Source: an uncultured Bacteroidales bacterium (GTDB lineage Bacteria > Bacteroidota > Bacteroidia > Bacteroidales > B18-G4). Taken from it: a stretch of DNA of 64,000 nucleotides. Made by a program: the position numbers and the translations under genes. Positions 29,730 to 40,508 of this stretch are shown in pieces; position 1 is the first letter of the stretch; every line of letters begins with the position of its first letter. The DNA lies in contig CAVWDP010000003.1 in assembly GCA_963753835.1 (NCBI GenBank), positions 162,276 through 226,275 of the forward strand, written 5' to 3'. The notes beneath the pieces are model-generated. The model saw nothing but the letters and a program-made list of their open reading frames with translations, was not told the DNA's origin and did not search any database.

Positions 29730-31079
29730 TTAATTAACCTTGGTATAGGTAATATTCAGCACCATCTTAAGATCCTCATTCATCAATGGGCCGGGGCCGT
29801 AGAGCATCACCCTGTTTGCCCTGAAAGAGGCTCCTGTGATTAGCAATGCCAAAGGATAATTAGGAGATTGGCCGGTAAGTACGCGTTGTACATGACGAGA
29901 AATACGGAAATAATACTGGTTTTCTGCATCATTCAGGTAACCACCATAGTATGATGACACTTCTTCAGCATCGGGCAAGGGCAAATAATTACCCTCTTCG
30001 TCAATGATCGCTAGTCCTAACTGTGGCGGACCCATAAGGCCAAGCCCATCATCATAAACATTAAATATCAGTTTAGCTTCATTGATGGCCACAGGACCGT
30101 CATCGAAGAACTTCTGGATATCAGGCAGGCGAATCTGGGCTTTCACACCACCCATGCCTTGTAGATAAAATAATTCTTCCCCTGCAGCAGTATCAGCATT
30201 CAGGACCTGAGCCTGAAATTCGGCAGAGGCATCCATATAATCATTGTGATCAAATGCTGTAAAACGGGCGCAATTACTATTGCTCAGAAATTGAAATGAT
30301 AAAGTATCCTGGGAGTCTTCGGAACGATAATAGATCGATAATACCGTATGAAGGGCAAGCATGTCAAACAACATCATCCCGCCATTTGCCTGGACAGGCT
30401 CTGAGGTAATGTGGAGTCCTTTCATAAAGGCAAGCCAGCTTTCATTATCATCAAAAACATTAGGATCGGCATTCATTATCTTTTGTGCAAAATCATCTGA
30501 TAAGCGGATACGCAATTGGGGGGATTGCATTCCTCCGTCGACGATTACACTATCGCCCGGAGCAGGAACAAATGTAGATGAGGCCAGCTCGATGCCATAA
30601 TCGCTGATGCTCTGGGTAGAATAATAGGAAGTATCAGGGTTCATGTCCTGATCAAGTTCATATACCCGTATGGTCTGACTTGACATAGAGTCGCCATAAA
30701 AGCTGGAATATGACAATGAAAGGATCAAAGAATCAAGTATAGGGTTGGTGCCAAAATTGTGACCATTTTCAGAAAGCCTGAACTGCGAAAAGATCTCAGC
30801 AGTACTGATTCCAAAAACGGGATCAAGCATACTTCCCAACATTCCTGTTTTGATCACATTTACATCCGTTCTGACTGAATCTTCGCGAATAGAATGTGAA
30901 AGCAAACCGGAACTTTGGTCAAAAATAACCGACAGCTCGGCTGAAACCGGCTGCAGGCCAAGCCCGACCTGATCGGGTTTCTTGTTACATGCTGTGAAAA
31001 GTCCAATTATGATGACGGCAGTAAGGCAGGCCGAAAGAATACTACTATTTTTCAATTTCCCGGAGTTAAGGTCAGTCAA
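29730..31079 (-). CDS. DUF4270 lipoprotein
   Basis: Lipobox FTAC; LG...DPVFG; conserved position upstream of glmS in Bacteroidota. Confidence 0.8.
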   Translation of the reverse strand: MTDLNSGKLKNSSILSACLTAVIIIGLFTACNKKPDQVGLGLQPVSAELSVIFDQSSGLLSHSIREDSVRTDVNVIKTGMLGSMLDPVFGISTAEIFSQFRLSENGHNFGTNPILDSLILSLSYSSFYGDSMSSQTIRVYELDQDMNPDTSYYSTQSISDYGIELASSTFVPAPGDSVIVDGGMQSPQLRIRLSDDFAQKIMNADPNVFDDNESWLAFMKGLHITSEPVQANGGMMLFDMLALHTVLSIYYRSEDSQDTLSFQFLSNSNCARFTAFDHNDYMDASAEFQAQVLNADTAAGEELFYLQGMGGVKAQIRLPDIQKFFDDGPVAINEAKLIFNVYDDGLGLMGPPQLGLAIIDEEGNYLPLPDAEEVSSYYGGYLNDAENQYYFRISRHVQRVLTGQSPNYPLALLITGASFRANRVMLYGPGPLMNEDLKMVLNITYTKVN

Positions 31080-31099
31080 TATTATTTTAAACAGCTCAA

Positions 31100-31909
31100 T
31101 TAACCTTTAAGGACTTCATCATAGAATTCCGAATATGCATCGATATAGGAATCCTCATCCTGGTATGGTAAAACAGGCTTCTTGATGGTTTTCAGGTGCT
31201 TTTCAATTTCTGGATTAATCTTTTCGCTACCAATAATGATGGCATCTGAATCCTCGATGGCTGCTTTGATTAGGTTAACGTAGTCGGGAGTTTTATAGTG
31301 TGCCAGGTCTTTGTTTGTTAAGCCTTCGACCTTCATTTTGTCAGCCATTGCCGGGTTGAGGCTTCCTGTATACTCATCATCGTAAACCGATAACACCATT
31401 TTTGCATCAGCAAACAAAGGATTGATCTTATATGCTTTTTTAAGATAAACCGGTAGAAGAGAGGTGAACCATCCGTGGCAATGCACGATATCCGGCCCCC
31501 AGCCAAGTTTTTTCACAGTTTCGAGGACTCCCCTGGTGAAAAAGACGGTTCGCTCATCATTATCTTCAAAATACTTTCCGTTTTTATCTGTCAGGGTGAA
31601 TTTGCGGTGAAAATAATCTTCGTTATCAATAAAATAGATCTGCATGCGTGCTTGCTGAATCGATGCAACCTTGATGATCAAAGGGTGATCGGTATCATCG
31701 ATGATAAGATTCATGCCCGAAAGCCTGATCACCTCATGCAGCTGATTTCTTCGTTCATTGATATTGCCATAGCGTGGCATGAAAGTCCTGATTTCTTTGC
31801 CTCTTTCCTGTATCCCCTGCGGTAAATACCTTCCTATTTTTGCCATGGGACTATCTTCCAGATAGGGAAGTATTTCCTGGGCCACAAATAATACCCTTGT
31901 TTTTTCCAT
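31100..31909 (-). CDS. Glycogen/starch synthase catalytic-domain protein
   Basis: FMPRYGNINERRNQLHEVIRLSGMN, PDIVHCHGW. Confidence 0.9.
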   Translation of the reverse strand: MEKTRVLFVAQEILPYLEDSPMAKIGRYLPQGIQERGKEIRTFMPRYGNINERRNQLHEVIRLSGMNLIIDDTDHPLIIKVASIQQARMQIYFIDNEDYFHRKFTLTDKNGKYFEDNDERTVFFTRGVLETVKKLGWGPDIVHCHGWFTSLLPVYLKKAYKINPLFADAKMVLSVYDDEYTGSLNPAMADKMKVEGLTNKDLAHYKTPDYVNLIKAAIEDSDAIIIGSEKINPEIEKHLKTIKKPVLPYQDEDSYIDAYSEFYDEVLKG

Positions 31910-32038
31910 AATGTCAGTTGTTGTGGACTAAGAACTTGCAAAATTAGGTAAAATCAGGCAATTATTCAATTAACCTATGCTAATAGTCAATGAATTAATG
32001 AAAATAAGAAAGTGCCGGGAGGCGATGTTGCTTGCTGT

Positions 32039-32950
32039 TTATCCCCTGAAGAACATGGCTTTGATGATCAGGCTGGCCATTCTGGGATTTTCTTTCAGTC
32101 GTCGGGTAGAATAGGCAAACCATTGGGACCCATAGGGGACGTAAACACGCATACGGTGCCCTTTTTCAACAATGGATTTGCGCAATTCAGGAGTTACTCC
32201 ATACAACATTTGGAATTCGTACATCTCCTTTGGCACCTTATGTTTTTCAATCAGCTCATAAGCGCCTGTAACCAGTGGCTTGTCGTGGGTGGCGATGCCC
32301 GGGTAAATGTTGTTTTCAAACATATATTCGAGGTCAGAGAGGAAGTGCTCATTGATCTCATGATATTTCTTATAGGCAATTTCTGCTGGCTCAACATAAA
32401 TGCCTTTGCATAGCCTGTAATTAATAGGGTTGGAGGCGGTGTTCAGGTCTCCAAGGCCCTTGATATCGTCCAGGGTGCGTTTCAGATATGCCTGGAAAAC
32501 AAGTCCCACATTTTCGGGGAACTCATCTTTCAGTCTTCGGAAGAGTTTGATTTCCTTGTCGACACATTGAGAGTCTTCCATGTCAACCCTGACAAAATTG
32601 CAATACTCAGCAGCCTTGGCTACGATCTCCCTGATATTGTTATAGCAAACCTCTTCATCGAGAAGCAATCCGAACATGGTGGGTTTCAGGGAGTAATTAC
32701 CATCAATGTTTTCTCTCTCAAAAGTTTGGATGATGTCGATATATTCTTTCCTGTTTTCTCCTGCCTGCTCTAGATTGGTGATGAACTCTCCAAGCAGGTC
32801 AACAGTGACCATAATGCCTTCTTTATTGAGTTTACGCGATTCTCTTACAGCATCCTGTATGGTTTTACCGGCAATGTAACGTTTAGAAAATAACCATACG
32901 AACTTCTTCGGGAAGTAGGGGAGCATCGCAGCGATGAGTTTGTTGAACAT
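32039..32950 (-). CDS. Proline dehydrogenase (monofunctional)
   Basis: RYIAG, VDMED, RLCKGIY, IATHD, EFQMLYG, RRLKENP. Confidence 0.93.
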   Translation of the reverse strand: MFNKLIAAMLPYFPKKFVWLFSKRYIAGKTIQDAVRESRKLNKEGIMVTVDLLGEFITNLEQAGENRKEYIDIIQTFERENIDGNYSLKPTMFGLLLDEEVCYNNIREIVAKAAEYCNFVRVDMEDSQCVDKEIKLFRRLKDEFPENVGLVFQAYLKRTLDDIKGLGDLNTASNPINYRLCKGIYVEPAEIAYKKYHEINEHFLSDLEYMFENNIYPGIATHDKPLVTGAYELIEKHKVPKEMYEFQMLYGVTPELRKSIVEKGHRMRVYVPYGSQWFAYSTRRLKENPRMASLIIKAMFFRG

Positions 32951-33283
32951 GATACTTTAGTCTTGATGGTTTTTAAACAGTGCATTATTCAAGAGTGCAA
33001 AATAAACACATAATTTTCAGATTTTGAAGAAATCTGTTAAAAATTTCACAATAATAGTTTTGTGTGCTGGGTGTTGAGTGTTGAGTTGGTGAATTGGTCG
33101 AATTATTTAAATTGAGGTGGTTTTCACCAGGAATAATTAATAAAAAACTTTACAGGCGAACTCACAATTTTATGTCCCACCCAACATCTAACACCTAACA
33201 TCCAACACCTTTATCAGATATTATTTGTATAAAACAAGAACTATCCCTAATTTTGCAGCCCGAAATTTTGAAGGGAAGTTATC

Positions 33284-33796
33284 ATGAAGGCGTTGCAAGA
33301 ATTTGTTATTCCCTTTTTGGGATTGAAAGAAGGAGTTCATGATTACGCATTCGATATTGATGCAGAGTTCTTTGAAAGCTTTGAGTATTCAGAAGTAAAA
33401 CAGGGTGATCTCCATGTTGATGTAAGCATGGAACGAAAGGAAAGAATGCTGATCTTTAATTTCAGCATCAGCGGCATGGTTCAGGTGCCCTGCGATCGTT
33501 GCCTGGCGCCATTAGACCTTTCAATTGAAGGCACAGATAGGCTGATCGTAAAATTTGGACAGGAGTGGATGGAAGAGTCGGATGAGATATTGATCATTCC
33601 GGAAACCGATTCGCGAATCGATATCAGCAGTTTTATTTATGAATATATCATGCTTAAGCTTCCCTATAAAAGGGTACACCCGGAGGGGGAAGACCTTTGC
33701 GACCCAACGGTAGTTGACAAGCTGGAACAACATACAGAAAGCGAAACTGACCCACGCTGGGAGGCATTAAAAGACTTGAAAAATAAATTAGATTAA
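33284..33796 (+). CDS. yceD: DUF177/YceD protein
   Basis: CDRCL, DPRWEALK; upstream of rpmF. Confidence 0.9.
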   Translation: MKALQEFVIPFLGLKEGVHDYAFDIDAEFFESFEYSEVKQGDLHVDVSMERKERMLIFNFSISGMVQVPCDRCLAPLDLSIEGTDRLIVKFGQEWMEESDEILIIPETDSRIDISSFIYEYIMLKLPYKRVHPEGEDLCDPTVVDKLEQHTESETDPRWEALKDLKNKLD

Positions 33797-33814
33797 CATA
33801 AAAATTGAATTCAA

Positions 33815-34000
33815 ATGGCACATCCAAAAAGAAAGATCAGTAAGACCAGGAGAGACAAGAGGAGGACCCATTATAAGGCAACCCTGCCTACGCTGGCTAC
33901 CTGTCCCACTACCGGAACCGTGCATATTTACCACAGGGCATATTATGTCGACGGCGATCTTTATTATAAAGGTAAGCTTGTAATGGCCAAAGGTGAATAG
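33815..34000 (+). CDS. rpmF: 50S ribosomal protein L32
   Basis: [19 protein letters not shown]. Confidence 0.97.
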   Translation: MAHPKRKISKTRRDKRRTHYKATLPTLATCPTTGTVHIYHRAYYVDGDLYYKGKLVMAKGE

Positions 34001-34055
34001 GCTGAACAATTCCCTATCGTTATCGGTTAATTAGTCATAGTAACCCTGACTGAAC

Positions 34056-35005
34056 ATGAATATCGGATTAGATATTATGGGCGGAGATTATGCACCTGAA
34101 TGCTACCATTGATGGTGCTATTCTTGCATTGCAATCATTTCCAGCAACTGACCGCCTCGTTTTGTTTGGTGATGAAATCCATAATCCGAAATTTGCTGAA
34201 AGAGAGAAATGCTGATCCCGGCCAGTTTGAGATCATCCATGCCCCGGATGTGATCGGGATGAGTGAGCAGCCCATTAAAGCATTTACCCAGAAACCACAT
34301 TCGAGCATTTCAATAGGCTTTCATTTTCTGAAGGAAGGAAAGATCGATGCCTTTACCAGTGCAGGAAACAGTGGTGCCATGGTAGTGGGATCAATGTACA
34401 GCATGGAGATGATCAAGGGGATCATCCGGCCCTGTACAACGGTGGTTTTGCCAAAAGAAAATGGCGGAAGTACATTTTTGCTTGATATCGGGACTAACCC
34501 CGATCCCAAACCGGAAGTGATGTACCAGTTTGGCATTTTGGGTTCTTTCTATGCAAAGTATGTTTACAATGTTGAAAACCCCAAGGTGGGCCTGTTAAAT
34601 ATTGGGGCGGAAGCTGAAAAAGGGAACATACTTACCCAGGCAACTTATAAGCTAATGAAAGACTCAACGCATTTTAATTTCGTCGGGAATGTAGAAGGCC
34701 GTGATATCCTTCAAGATAAGGCCGACGTAGTGGTATGTGATGGCTTTACAGGTAATGTGGTGCTCAAGCAGCTTGAGTCCATGTACCATCTTCTGAAAAA
34801 GCGTGAACTGTACGATGACTTTGTGGAACGCCTCAATTACGAAAACTTTGGCGGAACGCCTATCCTGGGAATTAAATCCACTGTAATGGTTGGGCACGGG
34901 ATATCGAACGATAATGCCATCAAGAATATGATCCTCCTGGCAAAAAACGTACATGAAGCAAACCTTTCGCTTAAAATTCAGGGCGAGCTTCAAAAACATT
35001 CGTAA
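34056..35005 (+). CDS. plsX: Phosphate acyltransferase PlsX (5' frameshift)
   Basis: MNIGLDIMGGDYAP from 34056; SAGNSGA, LLNIG.E..KG, VCDGFTGN. Confidence 0.93.
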
Positions 35006-35030
35006 TTTTACCCCGCAAAAATAAGTTCTT

Positions 35031-36021
35031 ATGGGTAAACTTAGAGCAGCAATTACAGGTATTCATGGTTGGGTGCCCGATTACGTACTTACCAATGCCG
35101 AACTCGAAAAGATGGTTGATACTTCTGATGAGTGGATCACCACCCGTTCGGGAATTAAGGAGCGGCATATACTGAAAGGTGAAGGTCAGGGTGCATCGGT
35201 AATTGGTGCTGAAGTTGTAAAAGGCCTTCTGGAAAAGACAGGGACTAAGCCGGAAGAGATTGACATGCTCATCATTTCGACCGTTACCCCTGACTATGCA
35301 TTTCCTGCAACCGCCAATATCGTTTCAGATAAGTGCGGCCTGAAGAATGCCTGGAGCTTTGACCTCAATGCTGCCTGTTCCGGATTTATATTTGCACTTA
35401 CAACTGCCTCTAAGTTTATTGAAACCGGAACACACAAAAAGATACTGGTGGTTGGCGCCGAAAAAATGTCGATGATGGTCGATTATACTGACCGTACCAC
35501 ATGTGTACTTTTTGGCGATGGAGGCGGAGGTGTATTGCTGGAGCCTACTACAGAAGATGTCGGGATCATGGATTCAAAGCATTATACTGATGGATCAGGC
35601 CGGCAATACCTTTATCAGAAGGGTGGCGGTTCTGTAAAACCTGCTTCACTTGAAACTATTGCCAACGAAGAGCATTTTGTCCACCAGGAAGGCCAGTCGG
35701 TATTTAAATTTGCCGTTAAAGGCATGGCCGATGTTTCGGTAGAGATGATGGAGCGCAACAATCTTGACCTCCGACGATATTGCCTGGCTGGTACCTCATC
35801 AGGCGAACCTCCGTATCATCGATGCTACAGCAAGAAGGATGGGCCTTGACCCAAGTAAGGTGATGATCAACATCCAGAAATATGGCAATACCACAACCGG
35901 CACCATTCCACTCTGCCTGTGGGAATGGGAAGACCAGCTGAAAAAAGGCGATAACATCATCCTCTCTGCCTTCGGTGGCGGCTTTACCTGGGGATCGGTG
36001 TATGTCAAGTGGGCGTATTAG
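35031..36021 (+). CDS. fabH: 3-oxoacyl-ACP synthase III (frameshift near 35765)
   Basis: [32 protein letters not shown]. Confidence 0.95.
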
Positions 36022-36119
36022 GTACTACGTACTAAGTACAACGATATTCTTTTATCTCTTTTTTTACAATACTCGTAATACCTAATACTTAATACCTGGT
36101 ACAATCATTTAATGTACCT

Positions 36120-36145
36120 TGTAACCTCAAGGCCCCCAACGCGTC
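36120..36145 (+). promoter_or_regulatory. Putative ECF-sigma promoter (TGTAACC-N15-CGTC)
   Basis: AAC/CGT-type ECF motif 10 nt upstream of the sigma start codon. Confidence 0.6.
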
Positions 36146-36155
36146 TTATTAGTAA

Positions 36156-36731
36156 ATGAAGTTCAGGGAAGATCCATATTATATCCGACAGGTCCTAAAT
36201 GGAGACAATGCAGCTTATCGCATGCTGGTGGAAAAACACCAGGACCTGGTTTATACCATCGTACATCGTGTGGTATCATCAACTGAAGAAGCGGAAGAAG
36301 TGGCCCAGGATGTTTTTGTGAAGGCTTATAGCAAGCTCTCTGATTTTAAGGCGGAAGCAAAATTCTCAACCTGGATATACAGGATCGCATACAATACGGC
36401 AGTAAGCCACACCAGGAAGAAAAAAGTTGAATTTCTTGCCATGGATGATGAGATGATCGAAAACTATAGCGAGGATGAAATGCAGCAGGAGATCATGGGG
36501 CTTTCAACAGAAAAGCAAAGTCAGTTGATAAAAAAGGCCCTGGGAGTTCTTCCCCGAACAGATAACCTGATCATAAGCCTGTTTTATTATCATGGCAAGG
36601 ATCTTGAAGAGATCAGTGAAATTGTTGGACTTACACAAAACAATGTTAAAGTGAAGCTATTTCGGATCAGAAAAAAATTATTGAAAGAAATGACTGTGTT
36701 GGTGGATCAAAATATCAACACCGTTGCTTAA
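36156..36731 (+). CDS. ECF RNA polymerase sigma factor
   Basis: AEEVAQDVF, KFSTWIYRIAYN, EISEI...VKVKLFR. Confidence 0.95.
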   Translation: MKFREDPYYIRQVLNGDNAAYRMLVEKHQDLVYTIVHRVVSSTEEAEEVAQDVFVKAYSKLSDFKAEAKFSTWIYRIAYNTAVSHTRKKKVEFLAMDDEMIENYSEDEMQQEIMGLSTEKQSQLIKKALGVLPRTDNLIISLFYYHGKDLEEISEIVGLTQNNVKVKLFRIRKKLLKEMTVLVDQNINTVA

Positions 36732-36743
36732 TGGAGAAATGAT

Positions 36744-37178
36744 ATGGTAACAGAAGACAAACATAAAGATGGATTTTTCAGGGAAATCTTTGCCCTGGAT
36801 AAGATCGAAAAAGCACCCGAAGGCTTTGCCGACAAGGTGATGAATATAATTGATGCTGAAGGTGCAGTGGCTGAGGAAGAAAGATGGTCGTGGAGCGGAT
36901 GGTGGATATGGGCAAGCATATTTATAGGCTTTGTCGGCCTGGTTGTCATGGTATTTTTTGTTGATTTTTCATTTATGGGCAACATCTTTACAGGCATAGA
37001 GCTTGATGGAAGCCGGATGAGCAATTTCATTAGCAATCTTGGCAATGGCCTGATTACAGCTTTTGAAGGATTTACTGTTTCTTCCATCACTATCACGATT
37101 ATAATTGCTATTGGCGCCCTCTTTTTGATTGAACGCCTGCTTCGCAGAAAACCTGATTTGGAACTTCCGATCATTTAA
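36744..37178 (+). CDS. Membrane protein, probable anti-sigma factor
   Basis: KAPEGFADKVM plus two TM helices; directly after the ECF sigma. Confidence 0.7.
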   Translation: MVTEDKHKDGFFREIFALDKIEKAPEGFADKVMNIIDAEGAVAEEERWSWSGWWIWASIFIGFVGLVVMVFFVDFSFMGNIFTGIELDGSRMSNFISNLGNGLITAFEGFTVSSITITIIIAIGALFLIERLLRRKPDLELPII

Positions 37179-37199
37179 TCTACCCCTATATATCTTCCA

Positions 37200-37235
37200 G
37201 GGCCGGTTTCAGGATATTCCTGACCGGCCTTTTTT
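37200..37235 (+). terminator. Intrinsic terminator
   Basis: GGCCGG..CAGGA/TCCTG..CCGGCC followed by a T tract. Confidence 0.75.
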
Positions 37236-37256
37236 GTATATTCGTAAAAACGAGAT

Positions 37257-38135
37257 ATGCTACCCTCCTCCCTGAACAATGAAATTATTGCCGTACTCGG
37301 GACCGAAACAGGTCAAGATGTTCACATCAACAGGGCCTTTCCCCTTTCCGGTGGGTCGATCAATAATGCCTATCGGCTGGAAACTGATTCCGGGAATTTC
37401 TTCATGAAATATAACAGGGCTTCTGCCTACCCCGGCATGTTTGAGCAGGAGGCGAGAGGACTGGCACTCCTCCATACTGCGGGAGAAGTTCGGGTGCCGG
37501 AAGTGATTGCACATGGCGATGATGGAACGCATACTTTCATTATGCTGGAATATCTTGATTCAGCCGGAAAGACAAACAGTTTTTGGGAAGACTTCGGCAG
37601 AAAACTGGCTGCACTCCATCGCCATACGGCAGATACTTTTGGCCTCGACCACAATAATTACATAGGTTCACTGAAGCAATACAACGAGCGCCACGACAGC
37701 TGGACAGATTTTTTCATGGAGCAACGCCTGATGGTGCAAATGGAGATGGCTGCAAATAGCGGACTCTTGCCTTCGAAGGTGAAGCAGGCATTTGAAAGGC
37801 TGTTCAGCAGGCTGGAAGAGCTGTTCCCACAAGAGCCCCCATCCCTGATCCATGGCGACCTGTGGAGCGGCAATTACATGGTAGATGAAAAAGGGGAAGC
37901 ATGTATTATCGACCCGGCTGTATATTTTGGCTTCCGGGAGATGGATATAGGCATGTCGCGATTGTTTGGGGTTTTCGGCTCCGGATTTTATGATGCCTAT
38001 AATGAAGCCTGGCCCATGGAACCCGGCTGGCGCGAACGCATTGAGATCTGCAACCTTTATCCACTCATGGTACATGTGAATTTGTTTGGAAGTGGGTATT
38101 TGGGGTCGGTTGAAAGCATACTTACTAAGTTTTGA
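37257..38135 (+). CDS. Fructosamine kinase family protein
   Basis: GGSIN, FGLDHNNYIG, LIHGDLWSGN, IDPAVY. Confidence 0.93.
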   Translation: MLPSSLNNEIIAVLGTETGQDVHINRAFPLSGGSINNAYRLETDSGNFFMKYNRASAYPGMFEQEARGLALLHTAGEVRVPEVIAHGDDGTHTFIMLEYLDSAGKTNSFWEDFGRKLAALHRHTADTFGLDHNNYIGSLKQYNERHDSWTDFFMEQRLMVQMEMAANSGLLPSKVKQAFERLFSRLEELFPQEPPSLIHGDLWSGNYMVDEKGEACIIDPAVYFGFREMDIGMSRLFGVFGSGFYDAYNEAWPMEPGWRERIEICNLYPLMVHVNLFGSGYLGSVESILTKF

Positions 38136-38230
38136 GTGTTGGGTGTTGAGTTTTAAGTTAGTTAAAAGTGTTCCAGTGTTCCGGCAACCAGCAACCAGTA
38201 ACCAGTAACCAGTAACCAGTAACCAGTATC
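38134..38230. repeat. Heptamer arrays (GTGTTGA-like; AACCAGT x5-6)
   Basis: Directly visible tandem copies. Confidence 0.85.
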
Positions 38231-38274
38231 ATTTCTTTTCTTAATTTTGCACCGCTATTAATACAGCCCCCAAC

Positions 38275-39976
38275 ATGAGCCAAAAAGAAGGAAACAAGGA
38301 AGTAACGAAGTCATTAAACTTCATCGAATCCATTATCGAAGAAGATCTTCGGATTAATAAAAACGAAAGCTGCGTGCGCACCCGTTTTCCTCCGGAGCCC
38401 AATGGCTATCTGCATATTGGCCATGCCAAGTCAATATGCCTCAATTTTGGCCTGGCGAACAATTATAATGGTCTTTGCAACCTGCGTTTTGACGACACCA
38501 ATCCCACGAAAGAAGAAGAGGAATATGTGAATTCGATCATAGAAGATGTAAAATGGCTGGGTTTTGACTGGGAAGATCGCCTTTATTATGCATCCGATTA
38601 TTTCGAACAGCTTTATGATTGGGCTGAAAAGCTGATCCTGGATGGGAATGCTTACGTGGATGACCAGACAGCAGAAGAGATTGGCGAACAAAGAGGGGGC
38701 CCAACCCGACCAGGTACGAAGAGCCCGTTCCGTGATCGTGAACCAGAAGCAAACCTGGAGTTATTCCGCAGGATGAAGAACGGAGATTTTGAGGATGGGG
38801 CTAGGGTGCTTCGTGCCAAGATCGATATGGCTTCTCCGAATATGCACATGCGCGACCCCGTGATCTACCGCATCATGCATAGCCCCATGACCGCACAGGT
38901 AACAAATGGTGCATCTATCCCATGTATGATTTTGCCCACGGCCAGTCGGATTCCCTGGAAGGCATCACCCACTCCATCTGTACACTGGAATTTGAAATCC
39001 ACCGTCCACTATATGACTGGTTCCTGGATCAAGCTCATCGATGCAGATACAGGCCGCGTCAAATCGAATTTGCGCGGCTGAAACTTAGCTATACAGTAAT
39101 GAGTAAAAGGAAACTCCTGGAGCTGGTTCAGGAAAAACTTGTAAATGGCTGGGATGATCCGCGCATGCCAACTATTTCAGGACTGCGCCGGAGGGGATAT
39201 ACTCCTGAGTCTATCAGGAATTTTGCTGACCGCATTGGTGTGGCTAAAAGAGATAATGTGATCGATGTGGCCTTGCTGGAACACTTGTATCCGGGAGGAT
39301 CTGAATAAGAAAGCAGCCAGGGTGATGGGTGTCTTGATCCGCTGAAAGTGGTGATCACCAATTATCCCGAAGGGGAAACTGAAGAAATGGAGGCCATCAA
39401 CAACCCGGAAGATGAAAGCAGGGAACAAGGATGATTCCATTTTCACGTGAGATTTATATTGAGCGTGATGACTTCATGGAAGATCCGCCCAGGAAATTTT
39501 TCCGCTTATCGCCTGGCAACGAAGTGCGTCTGCGTTATGCTTATATCATCAAATGTGAAGAAGTGATCAAGGATGATGATGGCCATGTAGTGGAGCTGAG
39601 GTGTACTTATGATAAAGACACCAAAAGCGGTGGCCCGGCTGCAGGACGAAAAGTTAAAGGAACGATCCATTGGGTGTCGGCAGCACATGCCCTTCCGGCC
39701 GAGATCAGGATCTATGACAGGCTCTTTTTGACTGAGAACCCTGACGAGGCTGAAGAAGGAAAAGATTTCAAATCCAATCTCAACCCGGATTCTCTTGAGA
39801 TCAAAAATGGTTTTGTTGAGCCCAGCCTGGCAACAGCCCTTCCAGGATCCCGCTATCAATTTGAACGCAGGGGATACTTCTGCGTTGATTCAAAAGATTC
39901 AACAGAAGGAAATCTGGTTTTTAACCGTACAGTTGCCTTGAGGGATTCATGGTCGAGGATTCAAAAATCAAATTAA
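38275..39976 (+). CDS. glnS: Glutamine--tRNA ligase (several frameshifts)
   Basis: [55 protein letters not shown]. Confidence 0.95.
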
Positions 39977-39995
39977 GATTTTTTCATTTTCTTAC

Positions 39996-40003
39996 TATAT
40001 TTG
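39996..40003 (+). promoter_or_regulatory. -7 promoter element (TATATTTG) for the tRNA
   Basis: TAnnTTTG upstream of tRNA-Gln. Confidence 0.6.
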
Positions 40004-40080
40004 CAGCGTCCTTCGTAAACTTCCGCGAACGCATTGGCGAAAAGGGACAATAGTATAAGTCGAAGAATAGAGTGTGGGCT

Positions 40081-40144
40081 GTACGCCTCCGCTAAAGCTT
40101 CGGCGCACGATGCACCCCTACGCTGAAGCTTCGGTGTACGATGC
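40081..40144 (+). repeat. Two REP-like palindromes (CGCTRAAGCTTCGGYG) in the tRNA leader
   Basis: ccgctaaagcttcggcgcacgatgc / acgctgaagcttcggtgtacgatgc. Confidence 0.7.
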
Positions 40145-40214
40145 CCGATGGTGTAACTGGCAACACGTCTGATTCTGGTTCAGAAGAGTCTAGGTTCGAG
40201 CCCTAGTCGGGCAA
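40142..40214 (+). tRNA. tRNA-Gln (anticodon CTG)
   Basis: Acceptor TGCCCGA/TCGGGCA; anticodon arm TCTGA-TTCTGGT-TCAGA; T-arm CTAGG-TTCGAGC-CCTAG; CCA not encoded. Confidence 0.96.
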
Positions 40215-40487
40215 CAAAAGGCTCCGCGATTTTCGCGGGGCCTTTTTGCATACTAGGGCGAGAAGTTTATCCTGAGCGAAGCCGAAGGAAGCCCTAGTCG
40301 GGCAACAAAGGTTCCGCGTTTTCGCGGGACCTTTTTGCATACAAGGGCGAGAAGTTTATCCTGAGCGAAGCCGAAGGAAGCCCTAGTCGGGCAACAAAGG
40401 TTCCGCGTTTTCGCGGGACCTTTTTGCATACCAGGGCGAGAAGTTTATCCTGAGCGAAGCCGAAGGGAGCCCTGGTCGCGTAACAAA
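40200..40487 (+). repeat. tRNA-linked tandem repeat, 3 units of 89-91 bp plus a partial fourth
   Basis: Units start at 40200, 40291, 40380 and 40469; each is tRNA 3' end + terminator + CCTGAGCGAAGCCGAAGG. Confidence 0.95.
40216..40247 (+). terminator. tRNA terminator (repeated in each unit)
   Basis: AAAAGGCTCCGCGA-TT-TTCGCGGGGCCTTTTT. Confidence 0.85.
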
Positions 40488-40508
40488 CAAGAAAGTTTAA
40501 TTATCAGA

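Noticed and set aside
40200-40487. CRISPR array or additional tRNA genes
   Set aside because: Units are near-identical along their full length and contain only the tRNA 3' end, without D or anticodon arms
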